Shown here in pieces: positions 1 to 9,839 of a stretch of 64,000 nt of DNA. Within the stretch, counting starts at the first letter, position 1. Every line of letters begins with the position of its first letter. The translations under genes were made by a program, and so were the position numbers. The notes below the pieces were generated by a model. It ran no database searches, was not told the origin of the DNA, and saw only the letters and a program-made list of their open reading frames with translations. Location of the stretch: NCBI GenBank assembly GCA_031962025.1, contig JAVRKW010000005.1, one strand, 5' to 3'. The stretch is from Pseudothermotoga sp. Its GTDB lineage: Bacteria; Thermotogota; Thermotogae; Thermotogales; DSM-5069.

Positions 1-236
1 TTCTGTCAGAAGAAGAGATATCAGTTGTTGTTGAGGCAAATGTTCGTCACATCACACCGGCATACGTTTCAGAGAAATTGGCGGTCAGTGTGAAGGTGAT
101 CGACATTGTACAAAATAAGATCAAATTGCGTGGAATTATAATGAAAGGCGAAGCAAAAGTACTGGAAGCCGAATTTGTCAGAGCGGTGATTTCTAAAAAT
201 TACCTCAGGAGGATATCTATTGAGAAAACCACGTGA
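1..236 (+). CDS. Hot-dog-fold thioesterase (FlK-like), 3' part only
   Basis: Frame from nt 3 reads LSEEEISVVVEANVRHITPAYVSEKLAVSVKVIDIVQNKIKLRG...EKTT* (TGA 234-236). The SVV...VRHxxP pattern is typical of FlK-like thioesterases. Truncated by the window edge and absent from the ORF track. Confidence 0.65.
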   Translation, partial: LSEEEISVVVEANVRHITPAYVSEKLAVSVKVIDIVQNKIKLRGIIMKGEAKVLEAEFVRAVISKNYLRRISIEKTT

Positions 237-1638
237 TAGAAGATCTTTCGATGAATTTGACACTGTCAGAAAATTCAAGTCAAGTGAGAAATTAATTGAA
301 CAAGTTAATCTTGAGGGCGACCTGAGGGTTGCCCTTATTTTTCCAAATGCCTACGAAATTGCGGCATCGAGCTTGGGATTCAACCTAGTATGGAAACTGT
401 TCAACAGATTACCAAAAGTGCGCTGTGAGAGATTTTTTCTTCACAGAAACTTCCACAAATTCTACTCGCTTGACACACAAACCCCACTCGATGAATTTCC
501 CATCTGGGCTTTTGTGATGCACTTTGAGAATGACCTGTTAAATGTCATCTGGCTTTTGAAGACAAAAGCTGTACCTGTTTTCAACACAGAAAGAAGGGCT
601 TTTGACCCTTTGATCGTCTTTGGTGGGGCTTTGACCTACACAGATATTCCCATTTTAAAAGCTGTGGCAGATGTTATTTTACACGGAGATTTTGAAGCTA
701 TGTTGCAGGATCTACAGGAAAGTCTTTCGTATGACAATCGCGAAAGGTTAATTGAGAAGATCTCCAAACTCGATTTTGCCACTGTACCAATCTGTAAGAC
801 TACAAGGAAAAAAATCGCGGTATTTGATGACATAAATGCCATGGTTCCATCAAGCCCACTGATATGCTCAAAAGGAGAATTTGCAAACAGGTTACTCGTG
901 GAAATTGAACGCGGATGTCCTCACAGTTGCAGTTTCTGTATGATGGGTAAATCGAAAAAACCGGTTAGATTCCTTGATCCAGAAATTCTCAAAGAGAAAC
1001 TGAACGGCTCTGATTTTGCAGGATTGATCGCTTCCAATGTCACAGATTATCCATGGCTGGATGAAATAATACCTTGGTTTGAAGAAAAGAAAATGCGGGT
1101 TTCTTTTTCTTCGCTCAGACTGGACAGGTTGAATGAAAGGTTTTTGAGATTTTTGAAAAAAAATCAGCAGAGCTTTACCATAGCACCAGAATCTTTCAGT
1201 GAGAAGATTCGAAAGATACTGGGCAAAAATTTCACAGACCAGCAGATATTACAGACCCTTTTACAGGCAAGAAAAGTGGGGTTCGAAGAAGTCAAGATGT
1301 ACATGATCTATGGACTGGATGAAGAAACTGACCAGGAACTGAAACAAATCGCGGATTTTGTCGATATTATTGCAAAAATGGGATACAAACAGATAAAACT
1401 TTCCTTCAATCCATTGGTTCCCAAACGCGGCACGAAAATGGAATCGCGCAAGATGCAGGATCTTAAAACTCTAAGGAACAAGATGAAAATCATAAGAAAA
1501 TTCGCTGGCAAAAATGTCACGATGACTTTCGAGAGTCTGAAGATGTCCCACATACAGTACATGATAAACAGTGCCAATGAAGATGAATCTCATGAACTGA
1601 TCGAAAAATTCCAGCATATACAAATATTCACGGAGTGA
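220..1638 (+). CDS. Radical SAM protein (YgiQ/TIGR03960-like)
   Basis: CPHSCSFC motif in EIERGC context; N-terminal FPNAYEIAASSLG; SLRLD and TIAPE motifs. Confidence 0.85.
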   Translation: MRKPRDRRSFDEFDTVRKFKSSEKLIEQVNLEGDLRVALIFPNAYEIAASSLGFNLVWKLFNRLPKVRCERFFLHRNFHKFYSLDTQTPLDEFPIWAFVMHFENDLLNVIWLLKTKAVPVFNTERRAFDPLIVFGGALTYTDIPILKAVADVILHGDFEAMLQDLQESLSYDNRERLIEKISKLDFATVPICKTTRKKIAVFDDINAMVPSSPLICSKGEFANRLLVEIERGCPHSCSFCMMGKSKKPVRFLDPEILKEKLNGSDFAGLIASNVTDYPWLDEIIPWFEEKKMRVSFSSLRLDRLNERFLRFLKKNQQSFTIAPESFSEKIRKILGKNFTDQQILQTLLQARKVGFEEVKMYMIYGLDEETDQELKQIADFVDIIAKMGYKQIKLSFNPLVPKRGTKMESRKMQDLKTLRNKMKIIRKFAGKNVTMTFESLKMSHIQYMINSANEDESHELIEKFQHIQIFTE

Positions 1639-2872
1639 TTTTATCAGAACAAGGTATCTTGCCGTTTTTGTATAGAAAGATCAAAAAATCGATCAATCTT
1701 CTGTACTTAGCCCTGTACATGATGGTATCCAGAAAGCCAGATGGAGATGAAGCATGGACGATACTGCTCAAAAGATCGTAAGTCGTGTAGATTTTCAACC
1801 TCTCGACTTTGAGAAACCTCGCCACATCTTCAAGCAATTTTCTACAAACTACCGATGATTCAGCAAAGAAAGACAGTGTTTCTAATCTCAATCTGGGTAA
1901 AATGTACTCTTGGTACTGTGACTGTGCTGGCAGATCTGGTGGCAAACGAAGTCCAAGCAATGAACCAGCTATATCTCTCTCGACTTGTCCCAATTGCATG
2001 AACATTTCCTGTATCAAATCTCTGTCATCACTGATGTAATAATTTTCACCAAAGAGTTTACCAAAATGAGCAAGGGTGTCCAGGTAACCTTCTGTCAAGT
2101 ATTTTTTTGAAACCTCTGGATCAAAGGTCATTACTGTCCCGAAATGTTCTTTTGGTCTTATGTACTCTATTTTACCCTGATTGCTGAATATCCTTATATA
2201 TTCAAGTATGTCAGCCATGCCAATTGTACCTATGTTAACTACTATGATGTTCTCATAACCTCTTTCCACAGCCATTTTAACAGGTATATTGCTGTACACA
2301 CCACCATCTACAAAAAGTCTGCCACCAATTTCCTCTCTCTTGAAAAGAGGAAAGTTAGCACTTGAGAGGATGTAATCAGCCAGCATTCCCTGTGGAATTT
2401 CCTCTATGTAAAGCATGTAGGGTTTCAACTCAGAAAGGGAATATGCAACAAGACCATAGTGCACTTTTGAAGTACGTATCTTTTCTTCAGGGAGCAGGGT
2501 TTTCATCTTTTCTCTGAGGGGGGTTATATCTATACCTCCCTCGCTTATCAATTTTTTTGCCGCATCTATCGCTTCTGGGATACTCAGATCTGTGAACCTG
2601 CCAGTTATCACTTTCTTGACATTTTCAGGTATGTCCATTACATCTTCAAAGGTGAGATTAAGCCAACTTTTCTCGGCAAACTCAATATCACCAAGTGCTA
2701 TCAAAGCACCGTTAATTGCTCCAACAGATGTACCGTAAACAGCGGCAATTTCAATTCCCATTTCATTGAGAGCTTTCCAGACACCTATCTGATAGGCTCC
2801 CCTTCCTCCTCCACCGGAAAGAACAAGCGCCACACTTGTTGCGGCAGCAAGAATGGCATTCACATCTTTCAC
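1628..2872 (-). CDS. Patatin-like phospholipase
   Basis: GGGGRG, GTSVG and DGG motifs. Confidence 0.9.
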   Translation of the reverse strand: MKDVNAILAAATSVALVLSGGGGRGAYQIGVWKALNEMGIEIAAVYGTSVGAINGALIALGDIEFAEKSWLNLTFEDVMDIPENVKKVITGRFTDLSIPEAIDAAKKLISEGGIDITPLREKMKTLLPEEKIRTSKVHYGLVAYSLSELKPYMLYIEEIPQGMLADYILSSANFPLFKREEIGGRLFVDGGVYSNIPVKMAVERGYENIIVVNIGTIGMADILEYIRIFSNQGKIEYIRPKEHFGTVMTFDPEVSKKYLTEGYLDTLAHFGKLFGENYYISDDRDLIQEMFMQLGQVERDIAGSLLGLRLPPDLPAQSQYQEYILPRLRLETLSFFAESSVVCRKLLEDVARFLKVERLKIYTTYDLLSSIVHASSPSGFLDTIMYRAKYRRLIDFLIFLYKNGKIPCSDKITP

Positions 2873-2906
2873 CCACCAAGATTATTATAAGCCGATCGAA
2901 AGGCTC

Positions 2907-2935
2907 TTGAAAAGAAATAGTATTTCTGATATACT
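2907..2935 (+). promoter_or_regulatory. Sigma70-type promoter of tRNA-Thr
   Basis: TTGAAA (2907-2912), 17 nt spacer, TATACT (2930-2935) with extended TG, 10 nt before the tRNA. Confidence 0.75.
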
Positions 2936-2945
2936 GACACTGTAA

Positions 2946-3022
2946 GCAGGCGTAGCTTCAAGAGGTGGAGCGCCGCCTTGGTAAGGCGGAGGGTGTGGGT
3001 TCGAGTCCCACCGCCTGCTCCA
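2946..3022 (+). tRNA. tRNA-Thr (anticodon GGU)
   Basis: Acceptor stem GCAGGCG/CGCCTGC; anticodon arm CCGCC-TTGGTAA-GGCGG; T arm GTGGG-TTCGAGT-CCCAC; encoded 3' CCA. Confidence 0.97.
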
Positions 3023-3024
3023 TT

Positions 3025-4374
3025 TTATCTCTCCCAAACGGGTTCTCCTGAAACATAAACTGCCACGGGATCATCTTCGAGCTTGAGTGGATTTCTTTCA
3101 TAAACTGCAAAATCAGCTATGTACCCTTCTTTTATTTGACCGATATTTTCAAATCCAGCCATCTTTGCTCCCGCTACTGTATAGAGTTCGATTGCTTGAA
3201 TCAAGTTGAATCCCATTTTCAGAGCTTTTTCGATCACGTATTTTGGATCTTCCGGCGAGACAGGTGCATCGGTGGAAAAGCTGATAGCAAAGCCTTCGTT
3301 TAGAAATCTGAGAAAATCGTATTTTAAAACATCGAGGTTCTTTGGAATTCTTTTTTCAATGAGTTCTTGATCCTCAAAAGCAAAATGAGGTTGAACGCTG
3401 AAATACGTTTTTCTCAGCAAAGGTAGATCATCTTTATCAACAAGCTGTGCGTGAATTATTCTGTTGGCTGGATATCTCTGGTACACCTTGGCAACTTCGT
3501 GGACGGCGGCATCTCCAATTGCGTGGATACAGAGCTGAACTTTTTTTTGAAGGCAGATCTTTGCAAAATTTTCTATTTGCTCAGAGTCGAGCAATTTGAT
3601 GCCTCTGTACTGTGTTTCATCTGCATAAGGCACACTCAAATAAGCAGTTTTACCACCGATGGAACCATCTGCAAAGATCTTGACAGCCTTCACATAAACC
3701 CTTTCTGCCAGATCGCCGAATTCGTCAAAATCAATTAAATCCTGTACACTGGCAAAATAGAGTTTTTCAAGGACCCTGATCTTTCTATTCTTGAGTACCT
3801 TTTTCAATTGATCCCAGTTGATTCCGTGAAGATCATCGGAATGAACAAAGGTTACCCCGTGCTGGAGAAATTTCTGTTCACCTATATTGAAAAACTTTTC
3901 GTAGTTTTCATCCTTTATCTTTTCCTCAACCAGATCCAGTTCCTTTTCTCTGAAAATCCCGTCGATTTTGTGTATTCCAACGATATCCATCGCAGCTTTG
4001 TTCAGAATCGCTATGTGACCGCATCTTCTTTTCAATACAACGGGTTTATCTATCTGATCGATCAAATTTTTATCTGGATATCCACCCAGAACCTGTTCAC
4101 TCCATCCCCTTGCACGGATAACTTTATCATTACAGTTCTTTATTAGATCCAGCAACTTTTCTTGTGAATCGACCTGTTCCAGATTTAGATAACCGTATTT
4201 GTGACCGACTCCGAGTATGTGAGCATGAGAATCAACAAAACCCGGCATCAGGTACATGCCGGAAAAATCAAATACAGGTCCAGACGATTGCAAAACAAAA
4301 AACCTTCCTTTAATGTGTACGTCTTTTTTCACAAATTCACCGTTTTGATAAACAAGTGCACCTTTTAGAATCAT
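3025..4374 (-). CDS. Metal-dependent amidohydrolase (YtcJ/Amidohydro_3 family)
   Basis: PGFVDSHAH, KIFADGS, HAIGD, STDAP and GQIKEGYIADF motifs. Confidence 0.88.
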   Translation of the reverse strand: MILKGALVYQNGEFVKKDVHIKGRFFVLQSSGPVFDFSGMYLMPGFVDSHAHILGVGHKYGYLNLEQVDSQEKLLDLIKNCNDKVIRARGWSEQVLGGYPDKNLIDQIDKPVVLKRRCGHIAILNKAAMDIVGIHKIDGIFREKELDLVEEKIKDENYEKFFNIGEQKFLQHGVTFVHSDDLHGINWDQLKKVLKNRKIRVLEKLYFASVQDLIDFDEFGDLAERVYVKAVKIFADGSIGGKTAYLSVPYADETQYRGIKLLDSEQIENFAKICLQKKVQLCIHAIGDAAVHEVAKVYQRYPANRIIHAQLVDKDDLPLLRKTYFSVQPHFAFEDQELIEKRIPKNLDVLKYDFLRFLNEGFAISFSTDAPVSPEDPKYVIEKALKMGFNLIQAIELYTVAGAKMAGFENIGQIKEGYIADFAVYERNPLKLEDDPVAVYVSGEPVWER

Positions 4375-4465
4375 TTTTTCACCTCACCAATGACACTATT
4401 CCAGTTCATAACCGTACCCATCAATATGGTTTTTTCAAGCCAAAGCTTATATAAGTTGTGGGTAG

Positions 4466-5512
4466 TTAGCTGGCTCTCAATAACTCGTAAACCTCGCCAT
4501 TCAAGACTGCACAACCAGCCGCTCCTCTTATCGTATTGTGAACAAGAGCTACAAATCTAAACCGCTTTTCCGATATCTGTACAAGCCTACCCACACTCAC
4601 GGACATTCCATTGCCCAGGTTTCTGTGCAACTTTGGCTGTGGTGATTTTTGATCAGTCAGGTAAATCAAAGGTCTTTCGGGAGCCGTTGGAAGGTTCATG
4701 TTCTTTAAAGGTTGAAAGTCTTCAAAACTATTAATGATATTGTCGACATCTGCTTGCAGACATGTTTCTATAAATACCGAGAGCATGTGACCATCCTGAA
4801 CTGGCACTCTATTACACTGAGCCTGTATATCAAAATCAGCCAGTTCGATGTGATTGTGTTTCAAGTCACCTAAGATCTTTCTTGATTCGATCATGATCTT
4901 TTCCTCTTCATTTTTTATGTAGGGTATGACATTGTCCAGGATATCCAAAGATGCTACACCGGGATAGCCTGCGCCCGAAATGGCTTGCATTGTCACAACC
5001 TGCACCTGTCTTATACCGAATCGATCCATTATCGGCTTGAGTGCCATCACAAGTCCTATTGTCGAACAGTTTGGGTTTGTGATGATTTTGCCTGGTGTCG
5101 TTTGGTGATCTATCAAATCCAGATGATTGAGATTGACTTCTGGTACTATCAGCGGAACATTTTGATCCATCCTGTGGCTTGCCGCGTTTGAAAATACCAC
5201 GTAGCCAGATTTGATGAATTCATCTTCTATCGGTCCTGCCATGTCAGATGGAAGTGCTGAAAAGACATAGTCACAGTCGAAACCAGGTTCGCACTTTTGT
5301 ACCTGCATCTGGCAAACTTCATCGGGAATCGGTGTATCCAGATGCCATTGTACAGCCTGTGAATATCGTTTACCAGCGGAGTTATCCGAAGCTGCAAGTA
5401 CTGAAATTTTAAAAAATGGGTGATCTGAAAGAAGTTGAACAAATCTTTGTCCAACAAGACCTGTAGCACCAAGAATGGCAACCTTTCTCACGGTGCTAAC
5501 CTCCTTTGCCAT
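4466..5512 (-). CDS. asd: Aspartate-semialdehyde dehydrogenase
   Basis: GATGLVG Rossmann motif; NPNCST catalytic Cys; QAISGAG; HNTIRGAAG. Confidence 0.95.
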   Translation of the reverse strand: MAKEVSTVRKVAILGATGLVGQRFVQLLSDHPFFKISVLAASDNSAGKRYSQAVQWHLDTPIPDEVCQMQVQKCEPGFDCDYVFSALPSDMAGPIEDEFIKSGYVVFSNAASHRMDQNVPLIVPEVNLNHLDLIDHQTTPGKIITNPNCSTIGLVMALKPIMDRFGIRQVQVVTMQAISGAGYPGVASLDILDNVIPYIKNEEEKIMIESRKILGDLKHNHIELADFDIQAQCNRVPVQDGHMLSVFIETCLQADVDNIINSFEDFQPLKNMNLPTAPERPLIYLTDQKSPQPKLHRNLGNGMSVSVGRLVQISEKRFRFVALVHNTIRGAAGCAVLNGEVYELLRAS

Positions 5513-6452
5513 AAACAGCCTCTATCAAAGCCCTTGTTGACTGTCCTCTGCCCATTGTGAAAATGTGTATACCGGGAACACCAAAACAGAGTAATTTTTC
5601 CACGAGTTTTGCCATGTATCTGATCCCAGTTTCAAATTCTTCCTTGGCTGTACGTGCCTGCTGCATTTGTATCAAAAACGACTGAGGTATGTTGACAAAG
5701 AACTTTTTTGGAATACTGTAGATCGATTTCAAATTCACAACTGGTTTTATTCCGGGAATTATAGGCACATCTATACCCTTTTCGCGAGCCATTTCCAAAA
5801 AAATTCTGTACACATCAAAATCAAAAACCATCTGAGTGATGACGTAATTTGCCCCTGCATCGATCTTTTCTTTTAGATACTTGAGATCTTCCTGTATATT
5901 TGGAGACTCAAAGTGTTTTTCTGGATAGCCGGCAACGCCTATGCAAAAATTGGTGGGTTGAGCGTTTTCACATGGGTATAGATATTCTCCGCGGTTCATC
6001 TTTGAAATTTGATTGACCAGTTCAACTGCATGTCTGTAGGTATCCTTTTCTTCCAAGTCGGGTTCGTTTTCGTACTCACCACGGATGACAAAAACATTTT
6101 CTACTCCAATCAGATGAAGATCTATCAGCATATCTTCTATCTGGTATTTGTTCATTCCATAACACAGCACATGCGGAACAACATCTATTTTGTATCTGTT
6201 CATGAGTGCGGCTGTAAGTCCAACAGTTCCAGGTCTTTTGACTTTTGGTACTTTGATTATCCTATCTGGCAGTTCCACATATGTCATTTCCGGTGCATGT
6301 CTTGTGACATTGATGAAGTTGATCGGAAAAGCCATCAAATTGTCCAAAACATGGAATATCTCATCTATACTCTGCCCTCTGTTTGGAGGTAGAATTTCTA
6401 TCGAAAGAATCTGAGTTTCTTTTATCTTCTCAGTTACTTTCATCTTCATCAC
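5496..6452 (-). CDS. metF: 5,10-methylenetetrahydrofolate reductase
   Basis: SIEILPP, VAGYPEKH, KIDAGA, ITQMVFD and IIPGIKP motifs; lies in the met operon. Confidence 0.92.
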   Translation of the reverse strand: MMKMKVTEKIKETQILSIEILPPNRGQSIDEIFHVLDNLMAFPINFINVTRHAPEMTYVELPDRIIKVPKVKRPGTVGLTAALMNRYKIDVVPHVLCYGMNKYQIEDMLIDLHLIGVENVFVIRGEYENEPDLEEKDTYRHAVELVNQISKMNRGEYLYPCENAQPTNFCIGVAGYPEKHFESPNIQEDLKYLKEKIDAGANYVITQMVFDFDVYRIFLEMAREKGIDVPIIPGIKPVVNLKSIYSIPKKFFVNIPQSFLIQMQQARTAKEEFETGIRYMAKLVEKLLCFGVPGIHIFTMGRGQSTRALIEAVYGKGG

Positions 6453-7179
6453 CTATTTCGGCTGTAAAAATCAGTTCGTGTTTACCCACTACGCCCAGTA
6501 TATCCCGATAAACAACCAGAGTGGTCTGTACATACTCGTTCAGGGCTGACTCAAGTAATTTTTCAACATCCTCTTTGACCTTCACCATATTGCAGTAAGC
6601 AGTTGCGAAGGCATCGGCAAAGGTCGCATTTTCACATACGACGGTCACGGCATCGGCTTTCCCAAAACTGATTGAATGTCCCACAGTGCCTGAAGAAGTG
6701 CAAACACCCCAGCTTCCAGGTGGTATCTTAAGACCGATTTTTTGCGAAAGTGGAGAAGTGCCCGCGTAAATACAAACAGTCACAGGCTGTATGTTTTTTA
6801 TGAATATATCTCCACCATTCTCCACCAGAACTTCACGACAGTCGAACTTTTCAAGCAGAAATTTTCCCACCTCGTCTGCAAAAGCCCCAGCGACTGCCGC
6901 CATAGGACCGACACCGGCACATTCAGCCGCTTTTGCCATCTTCTTTGCTATTTCTGGACTGTGAGATGGCAACTTTATCGGCTCAAAAGACAGAAGAAAG
7001 TTCTCGTTTTCTCTGATATAACCGCGCAATTGTTCATGCAACTGGATGATCATCTTGTACACTTCATCCACCATTTCTTTTTCAAAATTATCCACACCGA
7101 TCCACAGATCGGTCTCCATAAAGGTTATATTGAAACTTTGAAACCTTTTGCTGTGTAAGTTTCTGTAAAATCTATTCAT
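6430..7179 (-). CDS. UPF0280/COG2122 ApbE-like protein (sulfur assimilation, MA1715-like)
   Basis: GVGPMAAVAG, ENGGDI, CTSSGTVGHSISFG and ADAFATA motifs. Confidence 0.88.
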   Translation of the reverse strand: MNRFYRNLHSKRFQSFNITFMETDLWIGVDNFEKEMVDEVYKMIIQLHEQLRGYIRENENFLLSFEPIKLPSHSPEIAKKMAKAAECAGVGPMAAVAGAFADEVGKFLLEKFDCREVLVENGGDIFIKNIQPVTVCIYAGTSPLSQKIGLKIPPGSWGVCTSSGTVGHSISFGKADAVTVVCENATFADAFATAYCNMVKVKEDVEKLLESALNEYVQTTLVVYRDILGVVGKHELIFTAEIGDEDESN

Positions 7180-8506
7180 CTGGAGGAAGTTTCACTCCCA
7201 CCGGACATACATCAGAACATTCTCCGCAAGCCACACATTTATCGGCGATGAACGTGAATTTTCCATCGATTAGCATCAGAGCATCAAAAGAACATACACT
7301 CACACACAGACCGCAATCAACGCAAGTTGGTTTTTCTCGTACGAAGCTCTCACCCTGTGTTCTTTCAACAAGTCCTTTGATGCTTTGCTGTTGGTCGAAC
7401 AATTTAACAGGTTGGGTGAGTAGGAATTCACCCTCACTTATCCATTTTTTCAGAACAGAGGCTATTTCTCGAGCCATAGAAAGGCTGGATATCGAAGAAG
7501 TTTTTACTTTTTTCCCGTTGATCTCAATCCATCCGGATCTTAACTGTGCATAATTCACATGGCAGATGACGGGTTTACCTGATTTACCATAGTCTCTCAA
7601 CTCTGTCTCGATCTCTTCATTTGATCGTGAAACATGATAGGCAATTTCCTCATTCAAAACCGGTATGGGCACGCCTATGCCCACAAAAAGCGTCACACCA
7701 TAATTTTTGAAATACGCCGCCTTCAGATACCTTGTGCTCATTTTCTTGGCATCTCCGATTACTGCAAGAGTCCTTGCCGCACTGATTGGAATTTGGTGAT
7801 CATTCACTTTCACATCATTTCTAAACTGGGTTCCTGTCCAGACTATATAACCTTCTGTGCCACACAAAAAGATCCTTGTCCCAAGACCTATCGTGAGCAT
7901 TTTTGGATCCTTCAAAAGTGGACTCAATTCACCAGAAGTCGAGTAAGTCACATTGCCGTAATTTGGGAGTAGCTTTCCCATGTAAGTGTAGATGGTTTTT
8001 TCAGAGCTGTTTGTTGCGGCTGCGTAATTCTGATAAGCATTTCTCGGATTGAACAGGAAAAAGTCGTTTATCATCTGCTTGTTTACGTACCCTTCAAAAT
8101 ACTTTCTTGGATAACAATCAGTACCTTTACCAGACGCCTTCAGATATAAATCCTTCCCGTCGATCAGAGCTTCGATTATATGAGCTCCGCCAAAGCTCTT
8201 GTCGTTTTTTGATTCCTGCGTGGCTCCTATATACCCGTCAACAGCGGCAAGACCTCCATAAACTTCAACTCCAGATAGATCAATCTGCTCCATTCTCATC
8301 GGCGCAGATGTGTGCCCGAAATTGATGAAAGCACCACTTGAACACATGGGGGCAAAGGTTGCGGTGGTCACAACATCTACCGTCTGTGCGATCTGTTTTG
8401 GACTGGAGCTCTTTGCAAGCTGAACCACTTCCTCAGCCGTCAGAACCACCGCTTTACCGCTTTTTATTTTTTCATTGATTTGTTCAATAGTTTTCATCGT
8501 TCTCAC
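7172..8506 (-). CDS. Homocysteine biosynthesis protein (DUF39, aspartate-semialdehyde sulfurtransferase) fused to a C-terminal 2x[4Fe-4S] ferredoxin
   Basis: KTIEQINEKIKSGKAVVLTAEE N-terminus; FAPMCSSGA, GTDCYPR and NPRNAYQNY motifs; C-terminal CVDCGLCVSVC and CVACGECSDVCP. Confidence 0.9.
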   Translation of the reverse strand: MRTMKTIEQINEKIKSGKAVVLTAEEVVQLAKSSSPKQIAQTVDVVTTATFAPMCSSGAFINFGHTSAPMRMEQIDLSGVEVYGGLAAVDGYIGATQESKNDKSFGGAHIIEALIDGKDLYLKASGKGTDCYPRKYFEGYVNKQMINDFFLFNPRNAYQNYAAATNSSEKTIYTYMGKLLPNYGNVTYSTSGELSPLLKDPKMLTIGLGTRIFLCGTEGYIVWTGTQFRNDVKVNDHQIPISAARTLAVIGDAKKMSTRYLKAAYFKNYGVTLFVGIGVPIPVLNEEIAYHVSRSNEEIETELRDYGKSGKPVICHVNYAQLRSGWIEINGKKVKTSSISSLSMAREIASVLKKWISEGEFLLTQPVKLFDQQQSIKGLVERTQGESFVREKPTCVDCGLCVSVCSFDALMLIDGKFTFIADKCVACGECSDVCPVGVKLPPDE

Positions 8507-9839
8507 TCTCCTTGAAAAATTCTTCGTGAATAGCTCTCAAAGCTCTATCTCTATCGGTTATCTTCACTATGAAGTATATGGTCACTTCTGATGCTCCCGC
8601 GGAAATCATCTCGACATTTATATGCTCTTTTGAGACGGCAGTGAATATCCTTGCGGCAATACCGTGTTTTTTCAAAAGTCCATCTCCAACAGCTGCTATC
8701 AGAGATATCTGTGTTTTGTAGTAGATGTCCTCCACTTCTGCTATCCGCATCTTTGAAACTATTTTTTTGCATTTTTCCAGATCTTGTTTTGATATCAGAA
8801 CATTTATGCTGGTTTGAGAAGTCACAACAGATTTGATATTCACCCCTTCATTACCAAAGGTGGATGCGATTTGACCAAGCAATCCAGGGACTCGTCCAAC
8901 ATTGGTACCTTTGAACTGTATCACAGCAATATCGTCTGTGAAGGATATACTTTTAATTGTCGTTTTCACAACAGAATCGTTGAAAGAAATAACCGTATCA
9001 GGTTCATCAATTGACTTAAAACAGTTTATATTGAATATGTAAAGTGGGATGTTCTTCTTGCGTACAGGATCAACCGCTGCATGGTGCAGGATCCTGGCGC
9101 CAAAGTAAGAAAGCTCGGCGGCTTCGTCGTAATTCAATTTTCTAACTGGCTTGACCTTTTCAACGTATTTTGGATCACAGGTCATAAAACCAGATACATC
9201 TTTATACAGGTCGACTCTCTGTGCATCCAGGCAGTATGCTATCGATGTTGCTGAATAATCGCTTCCACCACGACCAAGAATTGTTATTTGATTTTCGTAA
9301 ATGCCGTAAAATCCCGGAACAACATAATTTTCACTGTGTTTGAAAAATTTCTTGAGATTGACTTCTGAGCTATCCAGATCTACAGAGGCGTTTTTGAATT
9401 TTCCGTCTGTCACCAACCCAAATTCTTCTGGAAGTGCTTCCTTGCACTGTATATTGTTTTTTTGAAAAAAGTGAGTTAGAAGCAGTGAAGAACATCTTTC
9501 TCCATGACTGACCAAACGATCGTATACAAAATCAGGAACTTTTCCTATCAATTTCACCCCCAAAAGAAGTTCCTTTATCTGATATACTCTTTCTTTCAAT
9601 TGAAAATCTTCTTCATCCAGAAAACTTCTGTAAGTTGAATAGAGTTCTTCAAGGAAATCTTCTACGTTGAGATCTTCGATGTTGTTCAAAGCGTCTATCA
9701 ATTTATTTGTAACGCCATTCACGGCAGAAACAACCACGATGAAAGGTTCTCTATACATACTCACAACTTTGAGTATTTTCTGCAAATCTGATTTGTTTTT
9801 CAAGTTAGACCCACCGAATTTGAGGACAACCACCTTCAT
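8484..9839 (-). CDS. lysC: Aspartate kinase with two ACT domains
   Basis: VLKFGGS, VVSAV, LGRGGSD and EAAELSYFGA motifs; start ATG at 9839 overlaps the metH stop (ATGA). Confidence 0.9.
   Translation of the reverse strand: MKVVVLKFGGSNLKNKSDLQKILKVVSMYREPFIVVVSAVNGVTNKLIDALNNIEDLNVEDFLEELYSTYRSFLDEEDFQLKERVYQIKELLLGVKLIGKVPDFVYDRLVSHGERCSSLLLTHFFQKNNIQCKEALPEEFGLVTDGKFKNASVDLDSSEVNLKKFFKHSENYVVPGFYGIYENQITILGRGGSDYSATSIAYCLDAQRVDLYKDVSGFMTCDPKYVEKVKPVRKLNYDEAAELSYFGARILHHAAVDPVRKKNIPLYIFNINCFKSIDEPDTVISFNDSVVKTTIKSISFTDDIAVIQFKGTNVGRVPGLLGQIASTFGNEGVNIKSVVTSQTSINVLISKQDLEKCKKIVSKMRIAEVEDIYYKTQISLIAAVGDGLLKKHGIAARIFTAVSKEHINVEMISAGASEVTIYFIVKITDRDRALRAIHEEFFKESENDENY

Noticed and set aside
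2946..3030. tRNA-Thr as an integration site
   Set aside because: No integrase and no duplicated tRNA 3' end seen in the window
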